A stretch of DNA of 63,622 nt, the filler included, from Folioceros fuciformis (Eukaryota): assembly GCA_049999805.1 (NCBI GenBank). It is 9 parts of 9 records of this genome, joined end to end, with 100 filler letters (N's around TTAATTAATTAA, not from the genome) between each part and the next. Parts side by side here need not be neighbours in the genome. Positions count along the whole stretch, not along the records: positions 33,244 to 37,287 come from JBNGIO010004393.1; positions 37,388 to 50,781 come from JBNGIO010004394.1; 7 more parts are not named here. One strand, given 5' to 3'. The notes beneath the pieces are model-generated. The model was not told the origin of the DNA, did no database searches, and saw only the letters and a list, made by a program, of their open reading frames with translations. Position numbers and translations under genes: made by a program. Every line of letters starts with the position of its first letter. Position 1 is the first letter of the stretch. This document shows positions 35,510-50,000 of this stretch, in pieces.

Positions 35510-36112
35510 ACCGTGCGCTCGCCTGCACCTTATGTCCTATCCGCCACGTTTGCTCCCCGACACCGCTCCCGCCATAGTTGCACTCCACTTCGAAAATACC
35601 CTGGGACCCTTAGGTCCCTACTTAGGGTTTCCATTCGTCCACGACGCTTCGATTCCACTACCATCCAGGGGGCTTTACTACCAATTCCACTCTCCACAAC
35701 GGTGGTCCGTCTTCCCCTACGGTTGCTGAGTCACATCTACCTCTTCTTTTAGCCTAAGTCCACAACTCCTTCCTCCTTGGCCGATCACTCCTCCCTTTAT
35801 AGATGTAGGGAGGGGGGGGCCTTATATAGGCTTCCTAGAACTTGTTCAAACATCGAAGCCCAAGGACCAAGTAGCAACCTCCACGACCTAGTCCACGGAC
35901 CAGTTATTGGTCAACCCTGCGCCTACCTCAAAACTTCGAGACCCAAGGAGGTCTTGAGTATAAATACCCCGGCCTATTCCCAACCTAAACCGCTTTCGCA
36001 TCCATCTTACCAAAAAACAAAAAAAACACCAAAGCTTGCACTTGGTGAGGGGATTTCTAAACATTTTTTCGTCTATATACTCCTCTTCTCATTTGTTGGT
36101 GCCCTCGCCAAC

Positions 36113-37287
36113 TTAGGTGTAGTACTTCTTCATTCGCCAACCATTGACTCTGGTTGGCAATGGCTGCCCGTCCAGCTGTTGCAATTGGATGGACCCGTTT
36201 GCAAAGACTTCGACCACTCGGTACGGCCCCATCCATCTTAGATGAAGTTTACCTGGAAAATGCATATATTTGTTCTCATACAGCAGGGCCAAGTCTCTTG
36301 GTTTTTCCCATTCCTGTTTCCGCAACTTGTTGTCATGCCATTCCTTCCGCTTCGCCTATACCTCTTGCATGGCATCCAGCTTCGCCTGTACCTCTTGCAT
36401 GGCATNNNNNNNNNNCTTGCATGGCATCCAGCTTCGCCTGTACCTCTTGCATGGCATCCAGCGCCCGCTCCCTGTCCTTGGTGTGCCTCATAAAGCTGGC
36501 TAGCCATTCCAATTGACTTTCTTTTGCAGACATGCAATTCGGCTCTTGGATACGTAAAGTGGGAACTTCAAACTCAATTGGCATTACCGGGTGGTGTCCG
36601 TAAGTAAGGTAGTAAGGTGTCTTTTAGTCGTGATCCTTTCCACAGTCCTGTATGCCCAGAGTGCGGAATGGAGCTTTAGGTCCCAGTCATAGGCATATTC
36701 TACCGTTAGCTTATTAAGGATCTAGCACAGGAGCCCATTCACCTTCTCTGTCAAGCCGTTGGCCTTTGGATTATAGGGGGTAGTTCAGTTAGGTAAGAAA
36801 CGAAGTACTCAGTTAGGTAAGAAATGACTTCATTCACAAAGTGCGTATCTCGGTCGCTTACCAACTCTAAGGGACACTCATAACGGGCAATCACCTGCTC
36901 GTCCAGAAATTTGGCCACCACGTGAGCTGTGTCCACTTGAAGAGCTTGCGCCTCCACCATGCTCGTGTAGTAATCAATGGCCACAAGAATATACTGATTC
37001 TGACGGGTTCTTGTCTTGGGTTGGATAGGCCCTACACAGTCGATTCCCCATTTCTCAAACGGGGCCAAGGCCAGGATTGGAACCAAATGCCATTGAGTGG
37101 TGGCCGTTGGCTTGCTCACCCTGTGGCAAGCATCACATCGCTTGACAAACTCTCTGGTGTCTCGATGCATATTCGGCCACCAGTACCCAGTTTCCAAGAT
37201 TTTCCTGCACGTGATATGCGCAGCAAAATGTCCTCCTGCCTCCCCTTCGTGCAGCTCGGCCAGCACCGGGGAATCTGCTCCCCCGTT
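36113..37287 (-). pseudogene. pol: Ty3/gypsy integrase (non-chromovirus type)
   Basis: HEGEAGGH..YWWP..CDAC, PFEKWGID, VSD, LWAYRT, KLHLRWMGPY, VNGWRMKKY; frameshifts present. Confidence 0.92.
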
Positions 37288-37387
37288 NNNNNNNNNNNNN
37301 NNNNNNNNNNNNNNNNNNNNNNNNNNNNNNNTTAATTAATTAANNNNNNNNNNNNNNNNNNNNNNNNNNNNNNNNNNNNNNNNNNNN
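37288..37387. other. Artificial scaffold spacer
   Basis: N44-TTAATTAATTAA-N44. Confidence 0.98.
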
Positions 37388-39090
37388 GTATTCTGCTCTC
37401 ATTTAACATGTGTAGTGAAGTAGTTAAAATGGACCTCTCGTCAAACTTCCTGAAACGGGCATGCGTAGCTCTGCCAGTACCCGGGTCATAGACCTTATAC
37501 CCCTTAATGCCTTCTGTGTAACCAACAAAGAGCATTTGTCTTGCCTTGTAGTCAAGCTTCGTTCGAACCTCTTTGGGTACATGTACGTAGACTTTGCACC
37601 CAAAGATTCTAAGATGTGATATCGTTCGCTTTCTGCCAGTCCAGCGCTCAAAAGGCGCGGAATTCATGAAGACTGCAGTAGGAAGTCGATTTAGAAGATA
37701 CGTGGCAGTATGTACCGCCTCAGCCCAATATCTCCTTGAAAATCTTGGCTGCTTCTTGCAGGTACCGATTTTTAGACGTTGCAAGCGGATTCTGACTAGA
37801 GGTATATGGAACCGTGATCTATCTGCAAATTCCAGACGACCTACAGTAAGTACTCTTGAAACTCACAGCCAGTAAACTCTCCACCTCCATCGCTTCGCAA
37901 AACCTTGACCTTATTTCCAGTTTGTCTTTGCGAATAGTTAACATAGTCAATAAATCTCTCCAAAGCCTCTAACTTGTGACGCAAAAAGTATGTAATTGTG
38001 AAACGAGTGTAATCGTCAACCAACACCATGAAATATAAGGCTCCTCCCAAAGATTTAACAGACATGGGCCCGCAAAGATCAATATGTACAACAGCTAGAG
38101 TTTCTGATGGTCTATTTTGTTCATGTGGCTTCTTAACATTCTGTTTAGGGAGCTTTGCATGCAGACAAGCCTCACAAAGCACATCTACATCTTGAATTGT
38201 CCAGGGCACGTCATCTTGGTACAGCTCCTTCCAACCATGTCTTTCATTTTGTTATAGTTTGGGTGCCCCAACCGACAGTGCCATAATAACTTAGTACTAT
38301 CTTCATCCAAACGTTTTGCTAAGTGCGCTCGAGCATGCAATTTGTCCAAGTCATTTTCAAAATGGGTGTGGTAGTCACGTCTATATAGATCAGAGTCAAG
38401 AGTTCCCAAGGCAACTACCATTTCTGTCTTGACATCAATAAGGTTGCACATGTTTTGATCAAAACTTACTTTCACGTTCCACTCCTGACATACATGTCTA
38501 ACAGATCATAGATTCTTAACCATCTGAGGTACATGCAGGACCTGCTTCAAACATCTGGTGGAACCATCCTTCAGTCGAATCTTCACGGTTCCAACTCCAC
38601 CAATATTGAGCCCACTCTCATCGCCCAGCAGGACAAATTGTCCAGGTGAATACTCTTGATAATCATTAAAGCTACTTCTGTTATAGCATATATGGGCAGA
38701 TGCCCCCGAGTCTATGAACCAAGAATGTTCATCAGACTTGGTGTGTGCAAGAAATACTGTCAAGATAATGTTCGAACTTGATGTCTTTGACTTAGTGATG
38801 ACATTTGCCTTTGGTGAGCTTGTCTTTCGTGGCTCGCTTGCACGTTTCTTACGACAGCCTGCCTCAATATGGCCCATGTATCTGCACCAGTTACATGTTA
38901 ACTTCTTGTGATTAGGATTAGAGGGAAGACGTGTTCCCACAGCTGTTGACCTGCTTTGCCAACTTGTCTGATTTGGGAATCTACCTCCTCTGCCGCCTCT
39001 TACTCCTCTCCCGGCGTAGAGAATGCGGCCATGCGAGGTTTGTGCTTGTGGCCTGCCTAAGTTCATCAAAGCCTCCTCTTCTAGTAGTGC

Positions 39091-40341
39091 TGTGAACCTC
39101 CAAAGTTTGGGGTAGTGGTTTGTTTTGGTTGAAAAAGGGTTAATAGTGGTATGGTTTGGTTTTCTTTTTCTACTTATTTTCCCTAATTTTTCTTGATTTT
39201 CTGGTCATTTTTCCTATTTTTCTTTATGCTAATTAGGTTAATTGACCAGGAAATAGTTGGTTTGGTTATAAGAGTGGGTATAGGTTTGGTCCCAGACCTG
39301 GGAAAGTTTAGGTCCGGTACCGGGCCATAGGGTTATTAAAGCCCAATGTGCTTAGACTAATGTAATCAGTTTAATTAGGCTAATGTGATTAGTCTATTTA
39401 GGCTAATGTAATTAGTCTAAGATTAGTGTCTAATTAATTATCATTAGTTTAGATTAGCTTAAGCTAATTTTTAGGAAGCTTCCTGCAGAGCTTCTTGTGA
39501 AGCTTCCTTGGGAGCTTTTCTAGAGGGTATAAATACCCTCTTGAGCTCCCTTTTCAAGGGAGATGAGAGAGATGAGAAAGATGAGAGAGATGGGAGAGAG
39601 CTGTGAGAGACATTGTGACCTCTCTTTCTCCTCTTCTCCTCTCTTCCTCTCCTCTCCTCTCCTCTTCTCCTTCATCATGTGGCTCCCTTTCTGATCCTTC
39701 AAGGATCACAAGGTGTAATGACCAGGGTGAAGGGGTTTGCCCCTAGCTCTTGATTGTAAAGGATGTGTCTTTCTCTCGACCTGTCCACTCTTGTTCCCTG
39801 TTTGGACAAGTGCTGTAGGCCGGTTATGTTTCATGGCGTCTGGTAAGGTTGTGGGGAGGAGATATCCGAGGGGGTGTGGGGGGAGAGTGTGATCCCTTCT
39901 TTCTTTCCTTTGGGGTTAGTCTAGTGACTCTTGCCGGGTAGGAGGAGTCACTAGGGAAGTGTAGAAGGTAGTGGTGTCATTGTTAGTTGCTGGTGCTGGT
40001 GCTGGTGCTGGTGCTAGAGTGAGAGAGCGAGTGAAGTGAGTGAGGGAAGTCGCAGATCTGAGAGGTTAGGGTCGTTGTAGTGACTGGAGTGAGTTTGTGG
40101 GCACCGAGAGAGAGGCAGCTGACCGCTGGACAGCGAGGCCTGTCCTACGCCTGATCGGAGCTGGAGGGGAGCCCTCGAATCCATCATCGAGTCGATCAAG
40201 TCCGACCCTCCATCCATAGCAACAAGGAACCCCATCGCTCCTTTGTGGGAACGAAACCCAATGTCTCAACGACAGTGGGATAAGTGTGGCCATTAAAGGT
40301 GGAACCCATTGGCAATCAGTGCCCGGGGTTTTGTCTCCACA
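39091..40341 (+). mobile_element. Solo LTR (1251 bp) inserted in copia gag
   Basis: TGTG...CACA ends; 5-bp TSD AGTGC at 39086-39090 and 40342-40346; empty site in the homolog near 55620-55640 (NTIGALLEEE). Confidence 0.92.
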
Positions 40342-40967
40342 AGTGCCCCAATAGTATTTGACAGTGAGACTGCTGTCGCTGCTGCTATTCGCAGATTACT
40401 GTTTTGTGTGCTCACAAAGACTCGATATCTGTCTGGCAGGGACATGAGGAGTGCAACTGATGCCTGGAGTTCAGAGACCTTCGTCCCTGCTGCTGCCAAC
40501 TTCTGCCTCAAATGCCTGAAGTACATCACATGCTCCTCAACTGTCTCAGATTCTTTCATCTTGCAATTCCAGAACAAGCGAGTGGCGTGGACCAACGACG
40601 ACTGGTTCGTCGTAGCAAACAACTGGGCCAAGGCTGTCCATGCCAGATGTGCTGTTGTGGCATCCTCTATGTGGTGTATCATACTATCATCAATAGTGAG
40701 TTCTAGGATGGCCCTGGCCTTCAAATCCATCTTATTCCATGCCCTAATGTCTGTTGTCGCTGCGTTTTGTCTTGGGTGAGGAGTAGAGCCATCCACCACC
40801 TCCCACATGTCTTCTATCATCCGAAGGGTCTTAACCCTGTGTGCCCAGACATCAGAGTTGGACCCCGAGAATCGGTCCTTGTCTTTAAAATCAAGTTTCA
40901 ATGAAGTCGTCATGGTTGGTTGAATTCTCTTGGCCTACCCCAGCGACGAGGTTGCCCAACCTCTCTC

Positions 40968-41456
40968 TTAGTTTTTCTGCGGAGGTGGCTCTCGTAAGTG
41001 GCATACGGGACATGCCACCTTAATAGGCTTGAGTGCATCCTCATTTTGTTGACAGTCTCTAACAGGGACTGATGATTGAATCACCGACGTCGCATCAAGA
41101 ATAATTTGCAGCCTTAGGAATACTCTCTCCATGATATGCTCTAAAACTGTGATATGATCATGCAACCCCTTAATCAAAGAAGGCAGTTGATCCGGTGAGC
41201 CTAAGCCCGCTCTACTAGCTGGGTGCCCCGATTGCTTACAGCATGAGCAAACAGGGTCTTCTTCTGAATGACTAAATGACTGCAAACAGGGTCTTCTTCT
41301 CGGTGTAGGTGCAGAAGAAAGGAGGTGCGGATTGTGGCAATCTCCGTACCTAAGGGTTCGAGAAAGCGTCTCTCCTATGCTTGACAGAAAGCTTGGGGAG
41401 ACATCCCTGCTCTGCCGATCTACACGGCGCCCTCTATCGCGGCCTCTGCGCGGCAT
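40968..41456 (-). CDS. Extra ORF upstream of gag (162 aa, Arg-rich N-terminus, Cys/His motifs)
   Basis: Open and collinear with 54429-54917, about 85% aa identity by eye, many silent differences. Confidence 0.65.
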   Translation of the reverse strand: MPRRGRDRGRRVDRQSRDVSPSFLSSIGETLSRTLRYGDCHNPHLLSSAPTPRRRPCLQSFSHSEEDPVCSCCKQSGHPASRAGLGSPDQLPSLIKGLHDHITVLEHIMERVFLRLQIILDATSVIQSSVPVRDCQQNEDALKPIKVACPVCHLREPPPQKN

Positions 41457-41823
41457 GGCGCACGCAATTCATGTGCATTAAGCCGCAGACAAAAAAGGTT
41501 GTGGGATGTCTAAAAGATGCACATACGCGCCAATCCGAGCAGCAGCTAGCCTGCAGATGTGGTCGCCAAGGCATGTAGACCGAGAATTGTGGGCAAGCAC
41601 ACACAAAATCTCATGTGCGCCCATGAATTTGCTGGCTTGCATACTGGGAACTGCAGGAGTTTGTTCGCGCAATACTGCAAAAGCCATTGCACGATTTTTG
41701 CAAGCACGCAATCACGACACCCCAAGAAATCTAGCCAAAGGCATTTGGTAGTGATTCCATATCATGCCATGCTTGATCTGAATGCCTGTGGATGCCACCA
41801 TCTGGAAACCCGCTCTGATACCA

Positions 41824-42028
41824 TAGAAAGTTTTAGATTGAACAAGCAAATTTGTATTACAGCTGAATGTTTTTAAAAACCACTCTTGACAGTTGGAAGC
41901 GGTTAGGTTACCCATTCACGGGATTTGTTCATATCTCGATATCTACATATATACAATAAACTAACTTATTCTATATAACTATTTCGATTTGCTACTGCTA
42001 GACTATACTAGCTTCAAGTATTTTTTTA
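41824..42028 (-). repeat. LTR (205 bp, TA...TA)
   Basis: Lies between PPT-like AAGTGGGAG and PBS TGGTATCAGAGC; homologous to 53178-53383 and 53896-54078. Confidence 0.8.
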
Positions 42029-44089
42029 CTCCCACTTAGGCTGGCTGGCAGCATGTCGAAAAAGGTTTAAGGTTTTTTTTTCTTCTTTCAATTCGAACCT
42101 GTTAATAGTTTGTGACTTGAGCTTGCTGGCGTCTGTGTGACTTGAACAACACCTAGACCAGTTGTGTGCCTCGCATGCTCACTCTTTCCCAATGCCTTTG
42201 TAAGCTGATCAGCAATATTGTTGACGGTGTTCACATAACTTAATTCAATCACTTTATCCTCGATTGCCTTGCGGATAAAGTGTTGTTTGACTTCTATGTG
42301 CCTCGTTCTGGAATGTGCGACAGGGTTTCTTGCAATCGCCATCGCTGACTGATTGTCACACCAAATGCAGGAAGGCTAACTCTGCTCATGTCCCAAGGTT
42401 TGCAAGAGAGATCTCATATGCATAACCTCTTGCGCTGCAGATGTGAGTGCTGAGTATTCAGCCTCAGTCGATGACAGAGCAACTACCGACTGCTTCTTCG
42501 AGGACCAGCTCACCAAGTTTCCGTCCAATTTCACACAGAAGGCAGAAGTAGATCTTCTCGTATCTCTGTCAGCTGCCCAGTCCGAATCCGAGTGACAAGT
42601 AAGCTCCAGCTGATTACTCGATTCCTTCTTATATTGCAAACCATAACCAGCTATGCCTTTAAGATAGCGCAGAATTCTCTTTGCTGCTGACCAGTGTTGT
42701 TGCCCCGGATTTGACAAGAACTGAGAAACGACTGAAGTAGCAAACGCAATATCTGGTCCCGTCCACGAACTCAACCACAGTAGACAGCCCACCAACATTC
42801 TGTACGGAACATGGGACATCTCCTGGGTTTCTACCTGGCTGCTAGGGCATTGTTCTTGTGTGAGTACTGCTCCAACTGCAACTGGAGTGGCTGCAGGATT
42901 TGCATCTTTCATATTAAACTTATCCAGAAGTCTGTCTACGTACTGTTTTTGGTGTAGCACAATTGTTCCAGATTGCTTATTGATCATAGCTTGTACTCCC
43001 AAGAAGAAAGTGCATTGCCCCATATCCATCATCTTAAACTCCAGCGACAGGATTCTTTTAACTTCATCGACTATATGCAAGGAGGACCCCATAATCAGGG
43101 TTTCATCTACATAAACAGCTAAGTATGTCACCTCATTACCTCGCCTGTAGATGTAGACACTTCCATCAGCTGCTGACTGCTTGAATCCATGCTTAAGCAA
43201 GAAATTATGCAATCGCCTGTTCCAGCACCTAGGCGCTTGTTTCAGCCCATACTATGTTTTCTTCAATCTACAGACATGTTTAGGGTGTTTCTTACTGACA
43301 AAACCTTCTGGTTGGCTCATGTAGACAGTCTCCTCTAGCACACCATTGAGAAAAGTGGTCTGTACATCCATTTGATGTACATTATATCCTTTGGCAGCTG
43401 CTATAGCTAACAGTGTCCTAACAGATGACGAGCGTACAACTGGGGAAAAAGTTTCATTATAATCAATGCCATCACGCTGGGAGAAACCACGCACCACTAG
43501 TCGAGCCTTGAAGCGTGCCGTGGTGCCATTAGGATTAAGTTTACGCTTGAAAACCCAGCGGTTCGAGATTGGTGTCCTACCAGGGGGTAAATCCTCCAAC
43601 ACCCATGTCTCATTTTCAATCAACGAGTTGAATTCTGAATTTATGGCTTCTAGCCATTTTTCTCTGTCCACTGACATGACTGCTTCTTGGTATGACTGCG
43701 GCTCCCCTAAGTCAGATGTTGCCATAAAAGCTTGGACTAACATGGCTGAATGTAGCTGGTGTCCCTCCATGGCATAAGGTACCTCATTCCACTGAAGAGG
43801 TGATGTGGTGTGTCTACGTGATGATCTTCGTGGCTGAGCTGCTATTGAATCCAAGGTTTGTTGAATGGTTTGGTCACTAGCACTACTCATGTGAGTTTGA
43901 CCATCTAAATCTGGAGCTCCCATTGACTCGTGATCACTGTCGTCATCTTTAGGGTCTGAAACCCCATGCTGATTTAGGGGTTTTCCAGATTCATCAACCA
44001 TTTCAGGATGTTGAGTCCTGCCATGGTTTGAATGGCTAGTTGACTGACCAACACTGCCGTATGTAACTTCATCTGTTTCNNNNNNNNNN

Positions 44090-47000
44090 GTATTCTGCTC
44101 TCATTTAACATGTGTAGTGAAGTAGTTAAAATGGACCTCTCGTCAAACTTCCTGAAACGGGCATGCGTAGCTCTGCCAGTACCCGGGTCATAGACCTTAT
44201 ACCCCTTAATGCCTTCTGTGTAACCAACAAAGAGCATTTGTCTTGCCTTGTAGTCAAGCTTCGTTCGAACCTCTTTGGGTACATGTACGTAGACTTTGCA
44301 CCCAAAGATTCTAAGATGTGATATCGTTCGCTTTCTGCCAGTCCAGCGCTCAAAAGGCGCGGAATTCATGAAGACTGCAGTAGGAAGTCGATTTAGAAGA
44401 TACGTGGCAGTATGTACCGCCTCAGCCCAATATCTCCTTGAAAATCTTGGCTGCTTCTTGCAGGTACCGATTTTTAGACGTTGCAAGCGGATTCTGACTA
44501 GAGGTATATGGAACCGTGATCTATCTGCAAATTCCAGACGACCTACAGTAAGTACTCTTGAAACTCACAGCCAGTAAACTCTCCACCTCCATCGCTTCGC
44601 AAAACCTTGACCTTATTTCCAGTTTGTCTTTGCGAATAGTTAACATAGTCAATAAATCTCTCCAAAGCCTCTAACTTGTGACGCAAAAAGTATGTAATTG
44701 TGAAACGAGTGTAATCGTCAACCAACACCATGAAATATAAGGCTCCTCCCAAAGATTTAACAGACATGGGCCCGCAAAGATCAATATGTACAACAGCTAG
44801 AGTTTCTGATGGTCTATTTTGTTCATGTGGCTTCTTAACATTCTGTTTAGGGAGCTTTGCATGCAGACAAGCCTCACAAAGCACATCTACATCTTGAATT
44901 GTCCAGGGCACGTCATCTTGGTACAGCTCCTTCCAACCATGTCTTTCATTTTGTTATAGTTTGGGTGCCCCAACCGACAGTGCCATAATAACTTAGTACT
45001 ATCTTCATCCAAACGTTTTGCTAAGTGCGCTCGAGCATGCAATTTGTCCAAGTCATTTTCAAAATGGGTGTGGTAGTCACGTCTATATAGATCAGAGTCA
45101 AGAGTTCCCAAGGCAACTACCATTTCTGTCTTGACATCAATAAGGTTGCACATGTTTTGATCAAAACTTACTTTCACGTTCCACTCCTGACATACATGTC
45201 TAACAGATCATAGATTCTTAACCATCTGAGGTACATGCAGGACCTGCTTCAAACATCTGGTGGAACCATCCTTCAGTCGAATCTTCACGGTTCCAACTCC
45301 ACCAATATTGAGCCCACTCTCATCGCCCAGCAGGACAAATTGTCCAGGTGAATACTCTTGATAATCATTAAAGCTACTTCTGTTATAGCATATATGGGCA
45401 GATGCCCCCGAGTCTATGAACCAAGAATGTTCATCAGACTTGGTGTGTGCAAGAAATACTGTCAAGATAATGTTCGAACTTGATGTCTTTGACTTAGTGA
45501 TGACATTTGCCTTTGGTGAGCTTGTCTTTCGTGGCTCGCTTGCACGTTTCTTACGACAGCCTGCCTCAATATGGCCCATGTATCTGCACCAGTTACATGT
45601 TAACTTCTTGTGATTAGGATTAGAGGGAAGACGTGTTCCCACAGCTGTTGACCTGCTTTGCCAACTTGTCTGATTTGGGAATCTACCTCCTCTGCCGCCT
45701 CTTACTCCTCTCCCGGCGTAGAGAATGCGGCCATGCGAGGTTTGTGCTTGTGGCCTGCCTAAGTTCATCAAAGCCTCCTCTTCTAGTAGTGCTGTGAACC
45801 TCCAAAGTTTGGGGTAGTGGTTTGTTTTGGTTGAAAAAGGGTTAATAGTGGTATGGTTTGGTTTTCTTTTTCTACTTATTTTCCCTAATTTTTCTTGATT
45901 TTCTGGTCATTTTTCCTATTTTTCTTTATGCTAATTAGGTTAATTGACCAGGAAATAGTTGGTTTGGTTATAAGAGTGGGTATAGGTTTGGTCCCAGACC
46001 TGGGAAAGTTTAGGTCCGGTACCGGGCCATAGGGTTATTAAAGCCCAATGTGCTTAGACTAATGTAATCAGTTTAATTAGGCTAATGTGATTAGTCTATT
46101 TAGGCTAATGTAATTAGTCTAAGATTAGTGTCTAATTAATTATCATTAGTTTAGATTAGCTTAAGCTAATTTTTAGGAAGCTTCCTGCAGAGCTTCTTGT
46201 GAAGCTTCCTTGGGAGCTTTTCTAGAGGGTATAAATACCCTCTTGAGCTCCCTTTTCAAGGGAGATGAGAGAGATGAGAAAGATGAGAGAGATGGGAGAG
46301 AGCTGTGAGAGACATTGTGACCTCTCTTTCTCCTCTTCTCCTCTCTTCCTCTCCTCTCCTCTCCTCTTCTCCTTCATCATGTGGCTCCCTTTCTGATCCT
46401 TCAAGGATCACAAGGTGTAATGACCAGGGTGAAGGGGTTTGCCCCTAGCTCTTGATTGTAAAGGATGTGTCTTTCTCTCGACCTGTCCACTCTTGTTCCC
46501 TGTTTGGACAAGTGCTGTAGGCCGGTTATGTTTCATGGCGTCTGGTAAGGTTGTGGGGAGGAGATATCCGAGGGGGTGTGGGGGGAGAGTGTGATCCCTT
46601 CTTTCTTTCCTTTGGGGTTAGTCTAGTGACTCTTGCCGGGTAGGAGGAGTCACTAGGGAAGTGTAGAAGGTAGTGGTGTCATTGTTAGTTGCTGGTGCTG
46701 GTGCTGGTGCTGGTGCTAGAGTGAGAGAGCGAGTGAAGTGAGTGAGGGAAGTCGCAGATCTGAGAGGTTAGGGTCGTTGTAGTGACTGGAGTGAGTTTGT
46801 GGGCACCGAGAGAGAGGCAGCTGACCGCTGGACAGCGAGGCCTGTCCTACGCCTGATCGGAGCTGGAGGGGAGCCCTCGAATCCATCATCGAGTCGATCA
46901 AGTCCGACCCTCCATCCATAGCAACAAGGAACCCCATCGCTCCTTTGTGGGAACGAAACCCAATGTCTCAACGACAGTGGGATAAGTGTGGCCATTAAAG

Positions 47001-50000
47001 GTGGAACCCATTGGCAATCAGTGCCCGGGGTTTTGTCTCCACAAGTGCCCCAATAGTATTTGACAGTGAGACTGCTGTCGCTGCTGCTATTCGCAGATTA
47101 CTGTTTTGTGTGCTCACAAAGACTCGATATCTGTCTGGCAGGGACATGAGGAGTGCAACTGATGCCTGGAGTTCAGAGACCTTCGTCCCTGCTGCTGCCA
47201 ACTTCTGCCTCAAATGCCTGAAGTACATCACATGCTCCTCAACTGTCTCAGATTCTTTCATCTTGCAATTCCAGAACAAGCGAGTGGCGTGGACCAACGA
47301 CGACTGGTTCGTCGTAGCAAACAACTGGGCCAAGGCTGTCCATGCCAGATGTGCTGTTGTGGCATCCTCTATGTGGTGTATCATACTATCATCAATAGTG
47401 AGTTCTAGGATGGCCCTGGCCTTCAAATCCATCTTATTCCATGCCCTAATGTCTGTTGTCGCTGCGTTTTGTCTTGGGTGAGGAGTAGAGCCATCCACCA
47501 CCTCCCACATGTCTTCTATCATCCGAAGGGTCTTAACCCTGTGTGCCCAGACATCAGAGTTGGACCCCGAGAATCGGTCCTTGTCTTTAAAATCAAGTTT
47601 CAATGAAGTCGTCATGGTTGGTTGAATTCTCTTGGCCTACCCCAGCGACGAGGTTGCCCAACCTCTCTCTTAGTTTTTCTGCGGAGGTGGCTCTCGTAAG
47701 TGGCATACGGGACATGCCACCTTAATAGGCTTGAGTGCATCCTCATTTTGTTGACAGTCTCTAACAGGGACTGATGATTGAATCACCGACGTCGCATCAA
47801 GAATAATTTGCAGCCTTAGGAATACTCTCTCCATGATATGCTCTAAAACTGTGATATGATCATGCAACCCCTTAATCAAAGAAGGCAGTTGATCCGGTGA
47901 GCCTAAGCCCGCTCTACTAGCTGGGTGCCCCGATTGCTTACAGCATGAGCAAACAGGGTCTTCTTCTGAATGACTAAATGACTGCAAACAGGGTCTTCTT
48001 CTCGGTGTAGGTGCAGAAGAAAGGAGGTGCGGATTGTGGCAATCTCCGTACCTAAGGGTTCGAGAAAGCGTCTCTCCTATGCTTGACAGAAAGCTTGGGG
48101 AGACATCCCTGCTCTGCCGATCTACACGGCGCCCTCTATCGCGGCCTCTGCGCGGCATGGCGCACGCAATTCATGTGCATTAAGCCGCAGACAAAAAAGG
48201 TTGTGGGATGTCTAAAAGATGCACATACGCGCCAATCCGAGCAGCAGCTAGCCTGCAGATGTGGTCGCCAAGGCATGTAGACCGAGAATTGTGGGCAAGC
48301 ACACACAAAATCTCATGTGCGCCCATGAATTTGCTGGCTTGCATACTGGGAACTGCAGGAGTTTGTTCGCGCAATACTGCAAAAGCCATTGCACGATTTT
48401 TGCAAGCACGCAATCACGACACCCCAAGAAATCTAGCCAAAGGCATTTGGTAGTGATTCCATATCATGCCATGCTTGATCTGAATGCCTGTGGATGCCAC
48501 CATCTGGAAACCCGCTCTGATACCATAGAAAGTTTTAGATTGAACAAGCAAATTTGTATTACAGCTGAATGTTTTTAAAAACCACTCTTGACAGTTGGAA
48601 GCGGTTAGGTTACCCATTCACGGGATTTGTTCATATCTCGATATCTACATATATACAATAAACTAACTTATTCTATATAACTATTTCGATTTGCTACTGC
48701 TAGACTATACTAGCTTCAAGTATTTTTTTACTCCCACTTAGGCTGGCTGGCAGCATGTCGAAAAAGGTTTAAGGTTTTTTTTTCTTCTTTCAATTCGAAC
48801 CTGTTAATAGTTTGTGACTTGAGCTTGCTGGCGTCTGTGTGACTTGAACAACACCTAGACCAGTTGTGTGCCTCGCATGCTCACTCTTTCCCAATGCCTT
48901 TGTAAGCTGATCAGCAATATTGTTGACGGTGTTCACATAACTTAATTCAATCACTTTATCCTCGATTGCCTTGCGGATAAAGTGTTGTTTGACTTCTATG
49001 TGCCTCGTTCTGGAATGTGCGACAGGGTTTCTTGCAATCGCCATCGCTGACTGATTGTCACACCAAATGCAGGAAGGCTAACTCTGCTCATGTCCCAAGG
49101 TTTGCAAGAGAGATCTCATATGCATAACCTCTTGCGCTGCAGATGTGAGTGCTGAGTATTCAGCCTCAGTCGATGACAGAGCAACTACCGACTGCTTCTT
49201 CGAGGACCAGCTCACCAAGTTTCCGTCCAATTTCACACAGAAGGCAGAAGTAGATCTTCTCGTATCTCTGTCAGCTGCCCAGTCCGAATCCGAGTGACAA
49301 GTAAGCTCCAGCTGATTACTCGATTCCTTCTTATATTGCAAACCATAACCAGCTATGCCTTTAAGATAGCGCAGAATTCTCTTTGCTGCTGACCAGTGTT
49401 GTTGCCCCGGATTTGACAAGAACTGAGAAACGACTGAAGTAGCAAACGCAATATCTGGTCCCGTCCACGAACTCAACCACAGTAGACAGCCCACCAACAT
49501 TCTGTACGGAACATGGGACATCTCCTGGGTTTCTACCTGGCTGCTAGGGCATTGTTCTTGTGTGAGTACTGCTCCAACTGCAACTGGAGTGGCTGCAGGA
49601 TTTGCATCTTTCATATTAAACTTATCCAGAAGTCTGTCTACGTACTGTTTTTGGTGTAGCACAATTGTTCCAGATTGCTTATTGATCATAGCTTGTACTC
49701 CCAAGAAGAAAGTGCATTGCCCCATATCCATCATCTTAAACTCCAGCGACAGGATTCTTTTAACTTCATCGACTATATGCAAGGAGGACCCCATAATCAG
49801 GGTTTCATCTACATAAACAGCTAAGTATGTCACCTCATTACCTCGCCTGTAGATGTAGACACTTCCATCAGCTGCTGACTGCTTGAATCCATGCTTAAGC
49901 AAGAAATTATGCAATCGCCTGTTCCAGCACCTAGGCGCTTGTTTCAGCCCATACTATGTTTTCTTCAATCTACAGACATGTTTAGGGTGTTTCTTACTGA

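Larger units (their letters stand above)
37388..44079 (-). mobile_element. Degenerate copia element, circularly permuted with a single internal LTR
   Basis: Minus-strand order RT-RH (44079-42088), LTR, PBS (41812-41823), extra ORF, gag (from 40913), PR, IN (to 37388); several frameshifts and stops. Confidence 0.93.
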
